Positions 11,505 through 24,112 of a stretch of 64,000 nucleotides of DNA are shown one piece after another. This stretch comes from Neoechinorhynchus agilis. Taxonomy: Eukaryota > Animalia > Acanthocephala. The notes under the pieces are model-generated. The model saw only the letters and a program-made list of their open reading frames with translations. It searched no databases and was not told the origin of the DNA. Every line of letters begins with the position of its first letter. The stretch's first letter is position 1. The translations under genes were made by a program, and so were the position numbers. The DNA is taken from contig CM121342.1 of assembly GCA_051530055.1 (NCBI GenBank), positions 4,835,489-4,899,488 on the forward strand, written 5' to 3'.

Positions 11505-12710
11505 GCCCGGCTTATATTTTTTAGGCACAAAGCCGAACCAATTTTACATCAGAGAAGTGATATAACCGCATAGTCTCTCTACTGCACGGTTAAAAATTTG
11601 TACATTCCTCCGGATTCCCAAATACCTCGCGGGGAGGCGGGACTCATCAGTGGGTTTCCTCCCTTCAGCGAGATATTTCGTCCCCTTTGGTTGTGTGTCA
11701 TCGACGGTAACGGATTCGAACCAGTTGACCCAACAAAATGGGATCTAAAGCTTTTGTCCACTTGACCACCTCGACACAACTACGGAATGTACAAACTCTG
11801 CCATTTTTTCGACTCAGGGTGAGCGCTGTATTCTATTTTAAGTTTTACTAGCAAGCCGGTTTTGTTTTTCATCATCATCAAATTTTAGTTTGCCCTTCTT
11901 GCCCGGCTTATATTTTTTAGGCATAAAGCCGAATCAATTATAAATCAGAGAAGTGATATAACAACATAGTCTCTCTACTGCACGGTTAAAAATTTGTACA
12001 TTCCTCCGGATTCCCAAATACCTCGCGGGGAGGCGGGACTCATCAGTGGGTTTCCTCCCTTGCGAGATATTCGTCCCCTTTGGTTGTGTGTCATCGACGG
12101 TAACGGATTCGAACCAGTTGACCCAACAAAATGGAATCAAAGCATTAGTCCACTTGACCACCTCGACACAACTACGGAATGTACAAACTCTGCCATTTTT
12201 TCGACTCAGGGTGAGCGCTGTATTCTATTTTAAGTTTTACTAGCAAGCCGGTTTTGTTTTTCATCATCATCAAATTTTAGTTTGCCCTTCTTGCCCGGCT
12301 TATATTTTTTAGGCATAAAGCCGAACCAATTATAAATCAGAGAAGTGATATAACAACATAGTCTCTCTAATGCACGGTTAAAAATTTGTACATTCCTCCG
12401 GATTCCCAAATACCTCGCGGGGAGGCGGGACTCATCAGTGTGTTTCCTCCCTTCAGCGAGATATTTCGTCCCCTTTGGTTGTGTGTCATCGACGGTAACG
12501 GATTCGAACCAGTTGACCCAACAAACTGGAATCAAAAGCATTAGTCCACTTGACCACCTCGACACAACTACGGAACGTACAAACTCGGCCATTTTTTCGA
12601 CTCAGGGTGAGCGCTGTATTCTATTTTAAGTTTTACTAGCAAGCCGGTTTTGTTTTTCATCATCATAAAATTTTAGTTTGCCCTTCTTGCCGGCTTATAT
12701 TTTTTGACAA
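11505..12710 (-). repeat. ~395-bp tandem repeat (3 copies), each with a tRNA-derived head carrying Pol III A and B boxes; SINE-like
   Basis: The minus strand reads GTCGAGG-TGGTCAAGTGG (A box)...GGTTCGAATCC (B box at 11712-11722, 12105-12115 and 12500-12510). The anticodon arm does not pair, so this is not a functional tRNA. Confidence 0.75.
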
Positions 12711-12824
12711 ACTAAAATTTAATGATGATTTGAAAAAACCGGCTTGCCAGTAAAAAACAACCTTAAAATCTATTCAAAAGCGTTCATTCGACCACGATGG
12801 CCATACTTCTCGGAGTTTGGGTAG

Positions 12825-14047
12825 TTAATGCCGCCGTTCTTGATTGATCCTTCGGCTAACCATGTGGATATTGATTTCACTTTCACCACCGTGATCGGAA
12901 CCACGCGGTCGTCCTACGAACAAAAGACTGGTTTCTCCATTCGCCGAAGTAGTCTCGATGATTCTGGTCATGTCAACCATAAGTCCCGAATCTCGTGGTG
13001 ATTCAGTCTTCGCGACGTCCAACGTACGGGGCACTTTTTTGCCTTTATATTTTAGACCTCGCGGTTTAGGTTTAATTTCCTCGTCGTAGGGAATAAAAAA
13101 CCCAGCATCCAGCGATGCTCGCTCTCCTTTTAGACACTTATCAATCATTGATCCATTTATTTTTTCTTCTCGCCGAAACTTTGCCTTCAATTGTTTTCGT
13201 GTAATTCCTGGGAAAATTGGCAACATCATTGAGAAATCTGAGCCAAACGTCTGAATCGCACGATAAAATCGAGCGTTGTCTTCAATTGACCATCGTTTTG
13301 GTTTGGTGTATCGCCGATAACTGAGATGATTAAGACAGCAATTCTCAATTTTAAAGGAATCGACCAAAAAAGGAAACCTCCATATAATCGCGCAAAAGAT
13401 TGTAAAAAGAATTGCTAAATGCTAAGAAGATCAAATCGTGTTGTACTGCCATCTGCGATTGGTTTCATTCGATCGGCGTTATCGATTTTTGGTGTTGAAC
13501 AAATCGATTTGCCAGCGAACATATTCATTTGTATTTCGCCATTCGGATTGACGACCAATTCATCGAACTCGTCCGTGACACTGCCACTTGGACTCCCTTC
13601 TACATTTCCTCTCCCGACTGCATCGTCTACTAAAATTTGCTTTAAATCCTTACGTTTCCCATGATAATGAATAATATCTCTAAATGTCGTCGAAGAAAAG
13701 TCTTGTCGATTGAACAAAGGGTCACTGAGTTTTGCACGGTATTCCCGATTCACCTCAGCTCGATTTTGAGCTTCTTTTCTCTTTTTGCTGTACTCCTTGT
13801 GGGCCTCTGATTTGACGAAATGGCGAAAGTAAAAATCCGTAGAATATCTGTCAGCAACGTCACTACACTCTGTGTTTTCTTTAATAATCACGTCAGATTT
13901 CTTCTCTGACGTCACCTTCTCCTCAACTTGCTCTTCCACTGGCGCTATGAGCTCCTCTGGTGCGATTTCGTCGCTTTCAGCCTTTTCGACAGCTGCTGAT
14001 GCAATCGCTAATTGCGATACCCTCCTAAATTGCGATCGACGCCTCAT
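12825..14047 (-). CDS. BDP1: TFIIIB B'' subunit (SANT/Myb domain), interrupted by a 92-nt hairpin insert (13331-13422)
   Basis: SYRRYTKPKRWSIEDNARFYRAIQTFGSDFSMMLPIFPGITRKQLKAKFRREEK is the Bdp1 SANT signature. The start at 14047 (MRRRSQ) is inferred. Confidence 0.85.
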
Positions 14048-14164
14048 ATTTCTCCTTTGAAACGAGACCGTTTGGTGTCGCTCATCATCATACGCGATTC
14101 TTCCGTGTCCTATGTTATTGTGGTTTCGAAGATTAACGAAAATTTTTGCTTGTCGATTGATACC

Positions 14165-14335
14165 GCGGCTTAGGACCTGGTCGAGCAATTGTCCAAGAGA
14201 CTCAGATGAATCACTGGCGATCCGAGGGCAGGAGAATTCCTACTGCCTTCGAGTTGGACCATTACGCCATTACGGCAGTTGAGTAATCCAGAAAGACGGT
14301 GGTGTGAATATGTTGGTAAGATTTGGTCGAGACCT
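14165..14335 (+). mobile_element. Degenerate 3' end of an RLE-type (CRE-like) non-LTR retrotransposon
   Basis: Reads DLVEQLSKRLR*ITGDPRAGEFL. It is homologous at DNA level to 61495-61700 (ctcggatcgccagtgattc core on the minus strand). Confidence 0.65.
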
Positions 14336-16095
14336 CTTATTTTTTAGTCATTTATCTCAGCGTCAAAAAAGGTTTCTGTCGTCCACAAAATTGCCATTAA
14401 GATGAACTTTAAAGTCTCAAAAACAAGAGCGATCTCAGGGATTAAATTTATCAATACTAAAGTTTAGCGGAATTCAATTGGAGCAGAAAATCAGGGCTTG
14501 GCACCGGGGGAAGCAGCATTTCAGGGTCGAAAACAATCTCGTTACTTGGATTTTGAAATGGCTGGACGCATTTAAACACAAAAGTAGCGATATGCATGCA
14601 TTAAGCATTAAATTCAAAGAAAAACTTTTTATCTGTCCAAACGCAATGAACTTCTTTTATTTAATCTTTTTTGCTTCGAGTTCTTTGGACCGTTTGTCGA
14701 ACACTTTATTACTGTCCAAACCCTAAATTCGAGCATCGAACACTTGAGGGATTACTTAACCTGTGTTGAAAAGAAGAATATACGAAAATTCTTGATGTTT
14801 TCCGTCAGTGAATCACGAAGACTGCTTTTCGCCTATTTGTTTATTTAAAAGCCTCATTTCATCAAGGGATCGATTCTTAAGGGTTAAACGTTAAAAATTC
14901 ACTCGAGGAAAGAGCTTTTGTATCTATCTTCTTAAGGTTCATTGAGAGCAAAGAATGCATTCGTGACGAAGTTACAACCGCTGAATTACTGCCAAGTCGG
15001 GTTTTCCCTTAAATTCAAAAATTACGGATTTATTAATCAGCGAATGCTTCAATGAAATGACGCTTTGTGTCAATAAATTTTTCTTTATAATGCCAAGTTT
15101 AAATAATTCATTTTGAATTTTTATGTTTACTCTAAAAACGAGAATGCATTTTTTTACAAAATTTCAAAATATCCGCTTTTTAAGAGCCGTTTCTATCGAA
15201 TGTTTCAATGATAAAAAAGATTCGCGCTGAATTACCACCATGTTGGTTTTTTCCTTGGATTCACAAAACCATGATTTAATATTTTTGCATTACATATTCT
15301 TGGCAGTCAGTTTCTGGGCGTTTTGGCGGTCTTCTTGTGCAAAAAATAGTGGCTGCCTTGTTTGAGGTTTTTCATTGATTTTTAACACCTCGTTGGCCTG
15401 TAGCTCCTTGGGCTAAAGTTTTGTTTCGTTCCACGTAATTTGTGGAGATGGAACATAAAAATTCGCTTTGGGCTTGAGACCACCATGGAAAACAGCAAAC
15501 CTTTTGCTTAGAGCTCTACCGGCCAGCGACGTGTTAAAAATCAACGAAAAACGCTTTTACGACGCAGGAATCAATTGAGACTGATGAAGTGAGATTTCCT
15601 CTATCGAAAATTACACTAAAATATGTTTTATCATTGTCCAACAAATAGAAATTCGAATGTTAGACTGTGATTAGAGAAAATCTAAATTCTCTGATTCGAA
15701 CGGAAGGATCTATTGCGAGCCGCCAAGATCAGTTTTATGCAGCCGTCTGACGATAAGACGCATTATCTTGGTGGGATCATGATCCAAGCAGTACTTTTTT
15801 GGGAATTGTAGGTATGGCACTATCACATCCCCTGCGCGACTTATGCCGACTGCTTTCCTGAAAACGTTTCTATCCACGTATTTCTGTCTCTTTTTGTCAT
15901 CAAATGGGAGCATCTTTTGCGATTTTCGCTGCCATAATAAGCGAGGCGTTTTTTCGGGTCGTGCACACGGGAAATAAAAAGAAAAAATCCTGCGTTCTAT
16001 ATCCACACTCCCCGCCGCGTTATATACATTTCATCGCCCCCCCCACCGCTGCATCTTCGCGCAAGAGCTAGTTTCCACAACGAAAAAGAGAAACG

Positions 16096-16983
16096 ATGAC
16101 CGAACGTATCAGCAAATCATCGGCGACGATGGAATCCATCCGCAAAAAGATGCAGACTATGAAGGGTGAGAAGGAAAACGCGATCGATAGCGCTGATCAG
16201 GCTGAGGCTAAATTGCGCGACATAGAAAGTAAGGTGAAATTGGCCGAGGACGAGAATGCTGAACTTGAAAAGAAGGTGACCCAGTTGGAGAGTTCCGTGG
16301 AATCTGTAAAGGCTCAAGTTGAGGAATCAAGTGCCAAACTTGAAGCGGCGGATAAAAAGGCTACTGAGGCGGAGGAGGAACTCAGTGAATTGCAAAAAAG
16401 AGTTCAGGAAATCGAGGAAGACGTAGAAAAGACTGATGAGAGACTTGATCTGGCGATGACCAAACTGGAGGAAGCGTCGGCTGCTGCTGATGAAAGTGAA
16501 CGCGGGATCAAAGTGTTTGACCAGCGTAGTAAATTGGATGACGAACGCAAATTGCTTCTTGAACAGCAATTTATGGAGGCTCAGTTAGGTGCCCAAGCTA
16601 CAGATCAAAAGTTTGACGATGTTTCAAGAAGACTGACTGTGATGGAGATGGACTTTGAGCGAGCTGAGGAGATGGCAAATGAAGCAGAAGCTAAAATCAT
16701 TGAACTTGAGGAAGAGCTAAAGGTCGTTGGGAACAATATGAAGTCTCTGGAAGTGACTGAGCGCGAGGCGATGTCCCGCGAAGGAACTTACGATGAACAG
16801 ATTCGGGATTTAACGGCACGACTAAAAGACGCGGAAAGTAGAGCTGATCAAGCTGAGAAGACGATGGTGCAGTTGCAGAAGGAGGTTGATCGCATCGAAG
16901 ATGACATTCAATCACAACGCGAAAGGTTCAAGACTCTCAGTGAGGAACTAGAGTGCACGCTCACTGAACTCAGTGGGCTGTGA
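16096..16983 (+). CDS. Tropomyosin, intronless, 295 aa
   Basis: MESIRKKMQTMKGEKENAIDSADQAE...ADESERGIKV...ELKVVGNNMKSLE, with a continuous heptad pattern. Confidence 0.95.
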   Translation: MTERISKSSATMESIRKKMQTMKGEKENAIDSADQAEAKLRDIESKVKLAEDENAELEKKVTQLESSVESVKAQVEESSAKLEAADKKATEAEEELSELQKRVQEIEEDVEKTDERLDLAMTKLEEASAAADESERGIKVFDQRSKLDDERKLLLEQQFMEAQLGAQATDQKFDDVSRRLTVMEMDFERAEEMANEAEAKIIELEEELKVVGNNMKSLEVTEREAMSREGTYDEQIRDLTARLKDAESRADQAEKTMVQLQKEVDRIEDDIQSQRERFKTLSEELECTLTELSGL

Positions 16984-17164
16984 GAAAGCGAGAAAAAGAG
17001 AGTTGCTAGAATGAAAAAGCTAAGTAGAAACGTGTTTTGTTTATTAGAAATATATCATCAGACGATTTGAATGCTTAGCTCAAACACAATCACACATTTT
17101 AGCCGCGATCTAACGTAGGTTCAATAGTATCATAATATCCAATTTTTAAATGAATCTTTTAAAT

Positions 17165-18490
17165 TTAAACATGCTTATCGATCTCAGCTGCAGGTTTTGG
17201 GATCAACTCCATCGCTTTTGTCGTTGCTTCGAATTTAAGAGCTATTTCCTGAAACATTTCAAAACTAAGATTTCCCATCTGTAACGCAACGCTTCTGACT
17301 GATCCATGCGGTGTATGGAGTACCACATTATCCGTCAACCTTTCTGACAAAGCCTGCTCTTCCGTTTCTATCTCTTTTGATAGAATTTGGAGCCTTCTGC
17401 AGCTCCCTTTAGTTCACCAAACCATTCAGAATAAGTTTTTTTCATCAAAACTTGACCGAATTTATATCGAGCCGTCACCTCGTGCTCGAACATACCCAAC
17501 AGACTTAAGAGCGTTTGCAAATTTCCTCATAAATCACCAGCTGCAATTTATCTCGGGTCAGTATCGTCGTCAATTGACGAAAAGTCGTTGAACCAACCCA
17601 ATACAACAGGCCTTTTTCTACTCCGCATCGGTTATTCGACTCAATATTACGTGCTGCTCTACTTGTAATATATAATCTTTCCAATGTTCACCTTCGGTAA
17701 ATGATCGGAACGGTATCACGTTTGCAACAGGAACCGCATCCCTTCTTGCTATTTCCTCTAGCTTCTCTTTAAGCTCCTTAACTTCTTTTTCCTGCTCCAA
17801 CTGTTTTGCAGTGAACAGTTCAATAATCCTTTGCTGCCTATTGAACAAATCATCTTTACCGCTGTCACCAGATATCATATTACTTTATTAACAACAACAC
17901 CAATGGGTTTCTCATGGTCTCGATGCCCGGATGCGCGCAATTGCTTAGGAATGACAATTCTTTGTTGCATCATGAGCATGCCGTTTTCCTCTGACAATTC
18001 GCTTCTTGGGCCCCAGTATTTCTTTTCATCTCTATCCATCTTGGGCTCCCAACCGTATTTCAAAAACCTAACTATTCGTTGAGTCTCATCATCCTTCTTG
18101 ATAGCTGACATTGTTTGGCACCTTCGTTCTGAATCGCGAACAACGTCCTGGCGTCGACAGTGCTCTCCTTTGCTTCAAGACTTGGTGGATTGGGTAAGCG
18201 AGATAGACAATCGGTGTACAAATTCTCTTGTGCCCTTCACATATCTCACATCGTAATCGTACTCGCCCAATGTACTATCCGTCCATTGGCCATTTTGCTT
18301 AATGTTTTTTCTCCAAATATATGCCTTAACGGTTGATGATCTGCTTCGATCGTGAAGTGTCGGCCAAAAAGATATTTATAAAAACTCTTGACCCCATATG
18401 CGATAGCCAGCGCTTCCTTATCCAACGTTGAATATCTTAGCTCTGATGGGCTGAGTTTCTTGGAAGCAAACATGCTAGGCATATTTTTCT
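17165..18490 (-). mobile_element. Ty3/Gypsy LTR retrotransposon remnants (RNase H, pre-integrase segment, gag fragments)
   Basis: RYSTLDKEALAIAYGVKSFYKYLFGRHFTIEADHQPL (RNase H); IVRFLKYGW..SELSEENGMLMMQQRIVIPKQLR; gag-like FTEGEHWKDYILQVEQH. The fragments are frameshifted. Confidence 0.85.
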
Positions 18491-21400
18491 GGTTTCGCTC
18501 GTCAAATTGGAAAATAGTAGGCTAGCATCACAAGCTAGGGTCACTGGTTTCGTTTCATCAAATAGGATCAAACTGATATGATTCGTTACGGCCTCCTTGA
18601 CATCAATAAACGCATTTTTTTCAGTTTTGTTTTATTCAAACTTGGCATTGACTCTAAGCAAATCCTGCAACGGTGCACAAATTGTTTGCAAACGTGGTAT
18701 GAATTTGTCTAAGTTCACCGCACCTAAAAAGGGTTCAAATCAACCACTCGTTCTGTACTTGCCTGTCATTTCCCCTTCACAAGAGAGTGCCCTAAATAAT
18801 TAACATGCTCTTTTAGAAATTGACATTTGTCCTTCTGGTTAATTTATGTCTTCTTTCTTTATTAACTTTTTTAGCTGCAATATTCAAATCGTTCACAACG
18901 GCCTAATTCATCTCAGAGTTCCGATTCTGGACTAGACAATTCTCTCTTCTTCGCCCGGCTTCATCTACTCGATGCCGCTTGTCGAATATAAAAGATCATT
19001 CGAAAATATTAACGTTCAATTTGCGATTTATGCTCTTTGCAATGACTTTCTATCTTTTGTACAAGAAGACCGCCAAGGAAAAAAATATTAAATCACAATT
19101 TTTTTAAGTTTTAGGAAAAATACCCGACGTGGTAGTAATTCAGCGCGAATCTTTTATATCGTTGAAACATTCCGTTTAAAAAGGTCCCCAAAAAAGGCGA
19201 TATTTTGAAATTAAAAGTAGATTGCGTTCTCGTCTTTAGATTAAGCATACAAATTCAAAATGAATTATTTAAACTTGGCATTATAAAGAGCTCCCGTGGT
19301 CGCTTCCCTCGCTGGGCGGTCTAATTCGTCTCATAATTTAAGTGCTCGACCCGAGTGGCACGAAATCGTTACCCTAACCATTTTCCATCCAGAAGCTTCA
19401 AAGTAGGCGTCTAACAAGTGCTCATCTGACCACAAAAAAACTCGCCATCTTCCGTGAAGGCTTCTAGGCATCCTTTATGAAACGAATGTTAGCACAAGAA
19501 GTGAACTGACGGAAGGTCAAAGACCAAGTTACATATTTAACAATTCCTTCATATTGAACTTTTATTTCAATCAAATCAATCGCTAAGTCGGTTTAATCCA
19601 AAGATATTTCCAGTATGTTTTTTCATTGAGTAGAACGGAGATCGGCTCATTGAGTGTCGTTGCAAAGTTCAATGAACATGAAAATCAGTAAATCCGCCGA
19701 AATCGATAGTTATTGGCAATCGTTGCTTTTTTCGGACTGCGAAATGTCTTTTATATTGGAACAGAAGGAGATCGATAGAGAGAGAGAAAACGCCGAGAAG
19801 GAGATTGTCGAGAACTTGGATGTTGTATTTCTAGAATTTAAACATCGAATTAAACATGAACAGCGGAATGCAAATGTTAATAATAGTTCACGGAGAAGAT
19901 TGAGAAAATAGAGCATTCCGAATTTCTCTGAATAACCACTGAGTTAGATGCTTTTAATGTTTTTGATGGAGAAATGAAAAGTAGAAAGTATGATGGAGTT
20001 GCAGTCTTCCTAAATGTTTAAAAAAAAGAATGTTAAAAAATTGTTGCTTTCGAGTGTTTTGAGTACATTTTTAGGCAAATTCGTCGATGGCATGCAATTG
20101 CTTTGTAGTAGAGAATAAATATTTTTTTCGATAGGAGAAAGGAAACATTTCTGATTCTTATTAGTAGATGGCAAATTTTTTTAGGCGAAAGCAAAAATTT
20201 TATACGAAAAAAAAGAAATTGCTCCATCAGATTTACTAGTTGAAATTCCGAAAAAAAACGCGATCTAAAACCGTGGTTATTCCCAAAATCCAATTTCAGA
20301 ATACTGTATTTGCTCAGTGTTCTTCTCCTTGAACCATTATTTAAAATTGCATTCCACTGTTCATGTTGAATCCGCTGTTTAAATTCCAGCAGCACAACAT
20401 CCAAAATTGCCAAAAATCTCTTTCTCTCGGTATTTCTCCCCATCGATTTCCTTCTGCTCCAATTCTGCATTTGTAACTTTCCACTGACTTTTCCCTTTGC
20501 TCGTCCTCGCAAAGTCCCAAAATTCAGTTCGAAAAGTCATCTGCCGAAGAGCAGCTTAAAGGGTGGCGAAAGTTATGAAGTTAACGAAGCGACCACTTTC
20601 GGACGCTGTGAAACTCGATTCTTTCGTGTCTTCGGTTGTTTAGACGCTTTGTTTATTGTTTAATGTTGTTTGTTTTTATCTGTTTAAAATTAGAAAAATA
20701 TTCCAATGAGGCGATGGCGCGCAATAATCACGTGAGCGTCGCACTTTGGATTCCAAAAAATCGATGATTATTTATAGCCGATAAATTAACGGTTGAAAGA
20801 TGTTCCTATGATGTTTCGCAGTGTTTTTGTTATTTTCAAGTCAAATATTTTAAATTTTTAGAGTATCTTCTTATGAAAGTCGTTTTAAAGATTTAGTAGC
20901 AAAATTTGATTCTTTGCTTGTCATCGTTGCGATAAACATGATTTTTCTACAATGCTTGCGCCACATTTTAACCAATAAATTTCTCAGTCGCTTTTTTTTG
21001 TGAATTTCACTGCAATCGATATATACAAAATCAATAGATAGTCTTAAATGTTTAATTTTTTTTTCTTCGTTTAGAGAATGTCTTGTTTTCATCGACTTCA
21101 ACGATAAATAAAAGTTGAAGCTTCTTTATGTTGTCCATTTAGAGCGCTAAATAGTAAATCTATCGCTGACCAAAAAAATCAGATTCGTGAATATTACGAT
21201 AAAATCAACGTTCACATCGAAGATTATTACAATTTTTTTGTTGTTTAAGTTCATTTCGCAATATTTCAGATATGAGTTGGCCGGTATTTTCGATACCTCT
21301 CAATCTCGTGGACTGTTTTCAAAAAAGCGCAAAATTCTTATTATTGATTGCAAATATCAGTTGATTAGTTTGTTTTTTCAAAGATGTTAAATTTGGAAAT

Positions 21401-23410
21401 TGTGTGCCATTTCCGACGATAAATCATCGCAGCCATAAGTTACACTCGGTCACGATAAAAAAAGAATATATAATTTTTATAATCTTTAATTTGAAGAAGG
21501 AACGCTGTCCACTTTGTATCCGCAATGAAGATTCTAAATGAACATTTAACATCGATCGTTGTGGATTCTTTAACAATGGAATGGATGGCGGGGTCGATTT
21601 TTTTGTAACCAGCAAATCAATCTTTAGAGCAATCAAATCTCGGAACGAATCCGTTGGAAACAAAACGTCCAATTCATCATTTTTGTTCTTCGCTAAATCG
21701 ACCCGATAATCCGTACATTCGTCTGTTTTCATTTCTGATTCGTCGGTATTTCCGAATCAAAAATGAACTAAAACTCGATCCACGTTTTGATTGAAGATCG
21801 TAGTTGTGATGCTTGTTCGTTTCCTAAAGAGCAAGAATTAATATTGGCCTCTGGAAATTAAATAACAATTTACGAAGAAGATACTACAAAAAAAACTTAC
21901 TACTCATTCACAGGACTGTTAAATTTGTCTATGAGAATGGAGATTACAAACTTCTTGTCTGCTTTATAGATAACAAATTCAGGATTTATGATTTGAAAGG
22001 AACATTTATTGATCTTTAGCCAAGTCCAAATGCTTGCATTATTCACAATGTGTGGATGGAAATCGAAATTCAAGATCTTGGACTTAAAGTCTACGGTATA
22101 CACGGGACGTTGAAGAAATTTCTGCTGTTCCGTTTTTTCGACATAAAATTATAGATATTGATGTTTGTTTCCCTGACTTCAAGACGTCCACATTCGTGAA
22201 ATTCACTTTGGCTATCGAACATTGCAAAACATCCACTTCCCTATAATTGTCTTAAACTGAATTTACAACAATTTTAGGAATTATCTATTCGCGCTTGGTG
22301 ATTTTTCAAATTCACTTGATCAATATTGTTTGTCTGATGCCTTGAATGTATTGAAAAGTTTATAAATGTCGATCAAACCAGTCACTTAATTTCGTTATTG
22401 GAAAGAAATATCGATTATCTCAATATTCGTCGCTCGTTGTGTCCACTGCTGAGTCTTAGCGATCGTAATGCCGCCCTTCAGCGAGCGGCTAGAGGAGTGG
22501 ATAAACACTAGCAGCGAAGTGGATAATTTTATTGATTTCGTTATTTCAAATAAACAGATGACAAAAGCATCATCCGGACATCGATGCAAAATCTTGAGCT
22601 TCTCATTCATGGACGACGATTTTCTGAATTTATCCTACTGATCAACATTTGTCTAGGTGAAGAGTTCAATGATGAAGTCGAAAAGGTCGTGAAGATGATG
22701 GCCGTCACGGAAACATGCATTTTTGAACAAATTTTAAAGAATTTCCCCGGACTTAAGTAAAAACTACCAACCTTAATGCAATTTGATCTCGAACTATCGC
22801 TGATTCATTAAAGCAACGTCTTCAACTCGTGCCGAATTAGAAACCTTTTCCAATGACCTGATAGATTTTTTCTGTCGGTTGGCAATTGATGATACGAAAC
22901 TAACAGAGATGAGAATGTTATTCAATTTTAATCGGATTTAAAAGAAAACACAACTACAGTTCAGAGTCCTCTGATTACCATGAACTCGTGTTGTACACAA
23001 AAAATATAACGCTCTCACCATTTGCGATCGAATATCGATTACGGCCCTGCAAAAATGCGGGAAAATGAGAACATCTCGTGCAAAATGACTGAATCCGGCA
23101 AACTAAAAACTGGCTGACCAGGAAATATTAAATGACCTTTACTATTTTATTGGCTGCTAAGTAGAGAAACAATTATCAATTGATCGGGAATTGAGTCGGT
23201 CATTCATCTTTCTCGTACATTACTGCCTTCAAAGGAATTAGAATCTTAATTTCCATCAGATTATTGATTTCAATTATTGGAACATGTTATTTTTTTCTGA
23301 CAATTTGCAATAAGAAGGGGACCTTTAAAATCTTCAAGATAAAAATTAAATTGTTTCTATGGCAACGGATTAAAGCCTAAAGATAACAATTAATGCCTTC
23401 GGTGGTTTAA

Positions 23411-24112
23411 ATGTCTACAGAGTTCAATCTTGACGCTCAAAACGTAAAGAGAGATTCGTCTCGTAAATCGCAAAGTACTGAAAAGTTTAAACGTGAGAAT
23501 AACATTGAGAAGGTAAATATTGAAAAGATGATGGTCATTGAAGAAATTAAACCGCTAATGGCAGAAGGACGTTTTCAATTAGGTGTTCAAAGGGATGCAA
23601 TTTGGAGCGGACAGAGGAAATCTATCTTTTGGACGGACGATAGACCTGCACCGCAATCGGTGCAACTCGAGCCATCCTTCCGAGAGGCCAACAGAAGCGA
23701 ATTACGAATTCTGTGCCTTCCACGTGCGCAAAACGTCGTTCAAAAGAAGAGAAAACGGCCGATAACATTAAACGAAAAGGATTTTGAACGATTCTCGAAT
23801 TTGAATTACAATGAGCCAAAGAAACGCATAAGAAAAAAGGATTCAACGTGCCCGTGTCCGATTTGCGACACCCTTGAACCGATTGAAGTCGTTCGAGGAA
23901 TCGGCCCAAAGACAGGGATTTGGTTGCGGGATCAAAATATCAACAGTCAGTTCAGTCTCATCGAACATTTAAATAAAATTGGAGTGGATGCATTTGCGAG
24001 GTGGCTCGGGGAATGCCCTACTGTTAACCGAAGACGTTTATTCATGATTATAAAATCAACTGAAGTGGCAAAAAGATCAGTCGACGAATACAAAACACGG
24101 AAAAGAAGTTGA
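23411..24112 (+). CDS. 233-aa intronless protein with a CPCPIC motif and a C-terminal BAF-like helix-hairpin-helix region
   Basis: EPIEVVRGIGPKTGIWL...FARWL resembles the BAF KPVGSLAGIGEVLGKKL...FREWL pattern. The N-terminus is basic and low-complexity. Confidence 0.45.
   Translation: MSTEFNLDAQNVKRDSSRKSQSTEKFKRENNIEKVNIEKMMVIEEIKPLMAEGRFQLGVQRDAIWSGQRKSIFWTDDRPAPQSVQLEPSFREANRSELRILCLPRAQNVVQKKRKRPITLNEKDFERFSNLNYNEPKKRIRKKDSTCPCPICDTLEPIEVVRGIGPKTGIWLRDQNINSQFSLIEHLNKIGVDAFARWLGECPTVNRRRLFMIIKSTEVAKRSVDEYKTRKRS

Noticed and set aside
11700-12565. Functional tRNA genes
   Set aside because: A and B boxes are present, but the anticodon stem does not pair and differs by indels among copies. 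Treated as tRNA-derived repeat heads.
14048-14188. N-terminal extension of BDP1 given by the ORF track
   Set aside because: It starts at TTG inside the antisense of an RLE retrotransposon remnant; a downstream ATG is more plausible.
14478-14726. ORF resembling a LINE RT fragment (LVTWILKWL)
   Set aside because: Too short and degenerate to support.
20850-22900. Possible lineage-specific multi-exon gene or genes (several 67-102-aa ORFs)
   Set aside because: No recognisable homology and no consistent splice model could be built by eye.
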